Origin: Candidatus Saccharimonadota bacterium
GTDB lineage: Bacteria > Pseudomonadota > Gammaproteobacteria > Enterobacterales > Enterobacteriaceae
Assembly: GCF_900128735.1 (NCBI RefSeq)
Contig: NZ_LT667503.1
Location: 330,001 to 362,000, forward strand
Direction: 5' to 3'
Length of the DNA: 32,000 nucleotides
Shown here: positions 30,427-32,000 of the stretch, one piece after another
Position numbering within the stretch: position 1 is the stretch's first letter
How the letters are laid out: each line of letters starts with the position of its first letter
Notes under the pieces: model-generated
Seen by the model: only the letters and a program-made list of their open reading frames with translations
Told to the model about the DNA's origin: nothing
Database searches by the model: none
Program-made: the position numbers and the translations under genes

Positions 30427-30479
30427 ATTTTTTCCTGCAGTATATTAATTAAAATTATCTTATGAGATAATATAAAAAA

Positions 30480-31349
30480 TTATTTATATTTAATCATATT
30501 AATTATTTTATAAAATAATAATGGATCTACATATGAAAAATATTGTACAAAAATATTTTCAGAAGGTTTTGATATATTTAAAAATTGTTTTTTAAAAATT
30601 AGTTTATTTTTTGATAACTTTACTTCATTCACCCATTTCTGAAACTTTTTAAAATCTTTTACGACATGTACATCAAATTTCATATTTGAAAAACCTTTTC
30701 CGCTATAATTAGTAGACATTCCTTTACAAACACCTGTTTTTCTAGCTTTTAAATTTAATTCAGTGCTCATACCTGCCATTGCATATATCTGACTACCTAA
30801 ATCAGGTATAAAAAAAGAATTCATAATAGAATTTGACGTAATATGAAATTTTATCGCTATATTTTTTGGGAAAAAAACTTCATTAATTGTTGCAATTTTA
30901 TATTCCGGATAAATAAATAACCACCGCCAATCTAAAGCTATAACATCAATGACAATAGGTTTATTAAAACCTTCCAAAGATTTTTTAGGATCCAATAAAT
31001 GTGTTGATTTATAAGATAAAGTCGCTAAAAAAATAGTAATACAAATCGGAATAAACCAAATCAATATTTCTAAAAAAATTGAATGAGACCAATTTGGAAT
31101 ATAATGGTCATCCATTTTTAAAGAATTATATTTATATACAACATAAAACGTTAATAAAAAAACAGGAATTAAGATAAATAACATAGTTTTAAAAGAAAGC
31201 AGTATCAATTCTAGTTGAATACGAGTAATATCACCATTAACATATATATATATTTTTTTACTATATTTATATATCATAATAAATAATAACAATAATAAAA
31301 AAAATACAATACTTTTTTTATAACTGAAAAATTTTATTTGATTTTTCAT
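30480..31349 (-). CDS. cyoA: Cytochrome bo3 ubiquinol oxidase subunit II
   Basis: 289 aa. PNWSHS, DWRWLFIYPEYKIATINE, ITSNSIMNSFFIPDLGSQIYAMAGM and NYSGKGFSNMKF match E. coli CyoA. SD AGGT lies 9 nt upstream of the ATG. Confidence 0.93.
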   Translation of the reverse strand: MKNQIKFFSYKKSIVFFLLLLLFIMIYKYSKKIYIYVNGDITRIQLELILLSFKTMLFILIPVFLLTFYVVYKYNSLKMDDHYIPNWSHSIFLEILIWFIPICITIFLATLSYKSTHLLDPKKSLEGFNKPIVIDVIALDWRWLFIYPEYKIATINEVFFPKNIAIKFHITSNSIMNSFFIPDLGSQIYAMAGMSTELNLKARKTGVCKGMSTNYSGKGFSNMKFDVHVVKDFKKFQKWVNEVKLSKNKLIFKKQFLNISKPSENIFVQYFSYVDPLLFYKIINMIKYK

Positions 31350-31665
31350 GATTTTATACCTATTAAAAATTTTTTATTTTTTTTATTTAAAAATAGTATT
31401 GATTTATATAAATAAATTATTTATCTATATTATTCATATAAATTTTCTTCCTATAATTAATTTATACATAAAAATAATTTATAAAAATTAATAATCATTT
31501 TGTTCATTTTAGATAAAAAAATAATATATAAAAATATCACTACACAAGACATCCAGAACAATGTTATAGTATAAAAAATAAATCTTTATTAAAAAATACT
31601 TTTTACTCAAGAAAAAGTTCTATTCTATAAGGTATAAAAATTATTAAATAATAAAAAAATCCTAT

Positions 31666-31971
31666 ATGAAAAAAATTATATATAAAAAAATAAAATCAAA
31701 AATAAATATTTTCTATTTGAAAATATATGATGATAATCAACGACACATATTAAAAAATAATTCTATCAACCATTTTAGACTTATTATTGTATCAAAAAAT
31801 TTTAATAATCTTTCTTTAATTTATAGGCATAAAAAAATTTATTCAATATTATCTCAATATATTCCAAATAAAATATATTCTTTACAAATATTTCCCTATG
31901 ACATTCAAGAATGGATAAAAATACCGAAAAAAATAAATAGAGCAATACAATGTTCAAGAAAAAATCTATAA
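31666..31971 (+). CDS. bolA: BolA-family transcriptional regulator / Fe-S assembly partner
   Basis: 101 aa. NHFRLIIVSKNFNNLSLIYRHKKIYSIL and IQEW align with E. coli [28 protein letters not shown] and IKEW. It is divergent from the cyo operon. Confidence 0.85.
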   Translation: MKKIIYKKIKSKINIFYLKIYDDNQRHILKNNSINHFRLIIVSKNFNNLSLIYRHKKIYSILSQYIPNKIYSLQIFPYDIQEWIKIPKKINRAIQCSRKNL

Positions 31972-32000
31972 TAAAATCAACTCAAAAAAAATAAAACTGT

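Noticed and set aside
31598-31618. A 7-bp hairpin, ACTTTTT-N7-AAAAAGT, 48 nt upstream of bolA
   Set aside because: The stem is nearly all A:T with a single G:C pair and is of marginal stability. Similar structures are expected by chance in this composition.

Overview
This window is about 80% A+T by eye and is densely packed with conserved gammaproteobacterial housekeeping genes. The order is ygfZ(partial)<, prfB-lysS-lysA-miaB-ybeY-leuS-holA-tusA>, <asd, yhgN-pgk-fbaA-mscS-recC-recB-recD>, <tRNA-fMet, nusB-tusE>, <cyoEDCBA, bolA>. Base composition, lysine/isoleucine/asparagine-rich proteins, long coding poly(A) tracts and E. coli-like micro-synteny with neighbouring genes deleted all point to a highly reduced insect endosymbiont. 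My best guess is a Buchnera aphidicola-type genome, possibly from a very reduced lineage such as those of Lachninae aphids. That assignment is an inference from memory of gene order, not a database result. I found no CRISPR array, mobile element, toxin/defence cassette or orphan operon, and every long ORF is an identifiable core gene, so I do not claim a novel system. The points most worth a second look are: (1) recC is interrupted by a frameshift exactly inside an A11 tract, while recB and recD are intact; (2) the conserved prfB +1 programmed frameshift, with a CTT TGA A site; (3) many in-frame A10-A15 tracts; (4) an initiator tRNA with an A1/A72 mismatch; (5) CyoA has no lipobox cysteine, and lnt and lptE are missing from their syntenic positions; (6) nusB has lost its rib/thi neighbours. 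All coordinates were counted by hand from the printed sequence, and homology statements rest on remembered E. coli sequences.
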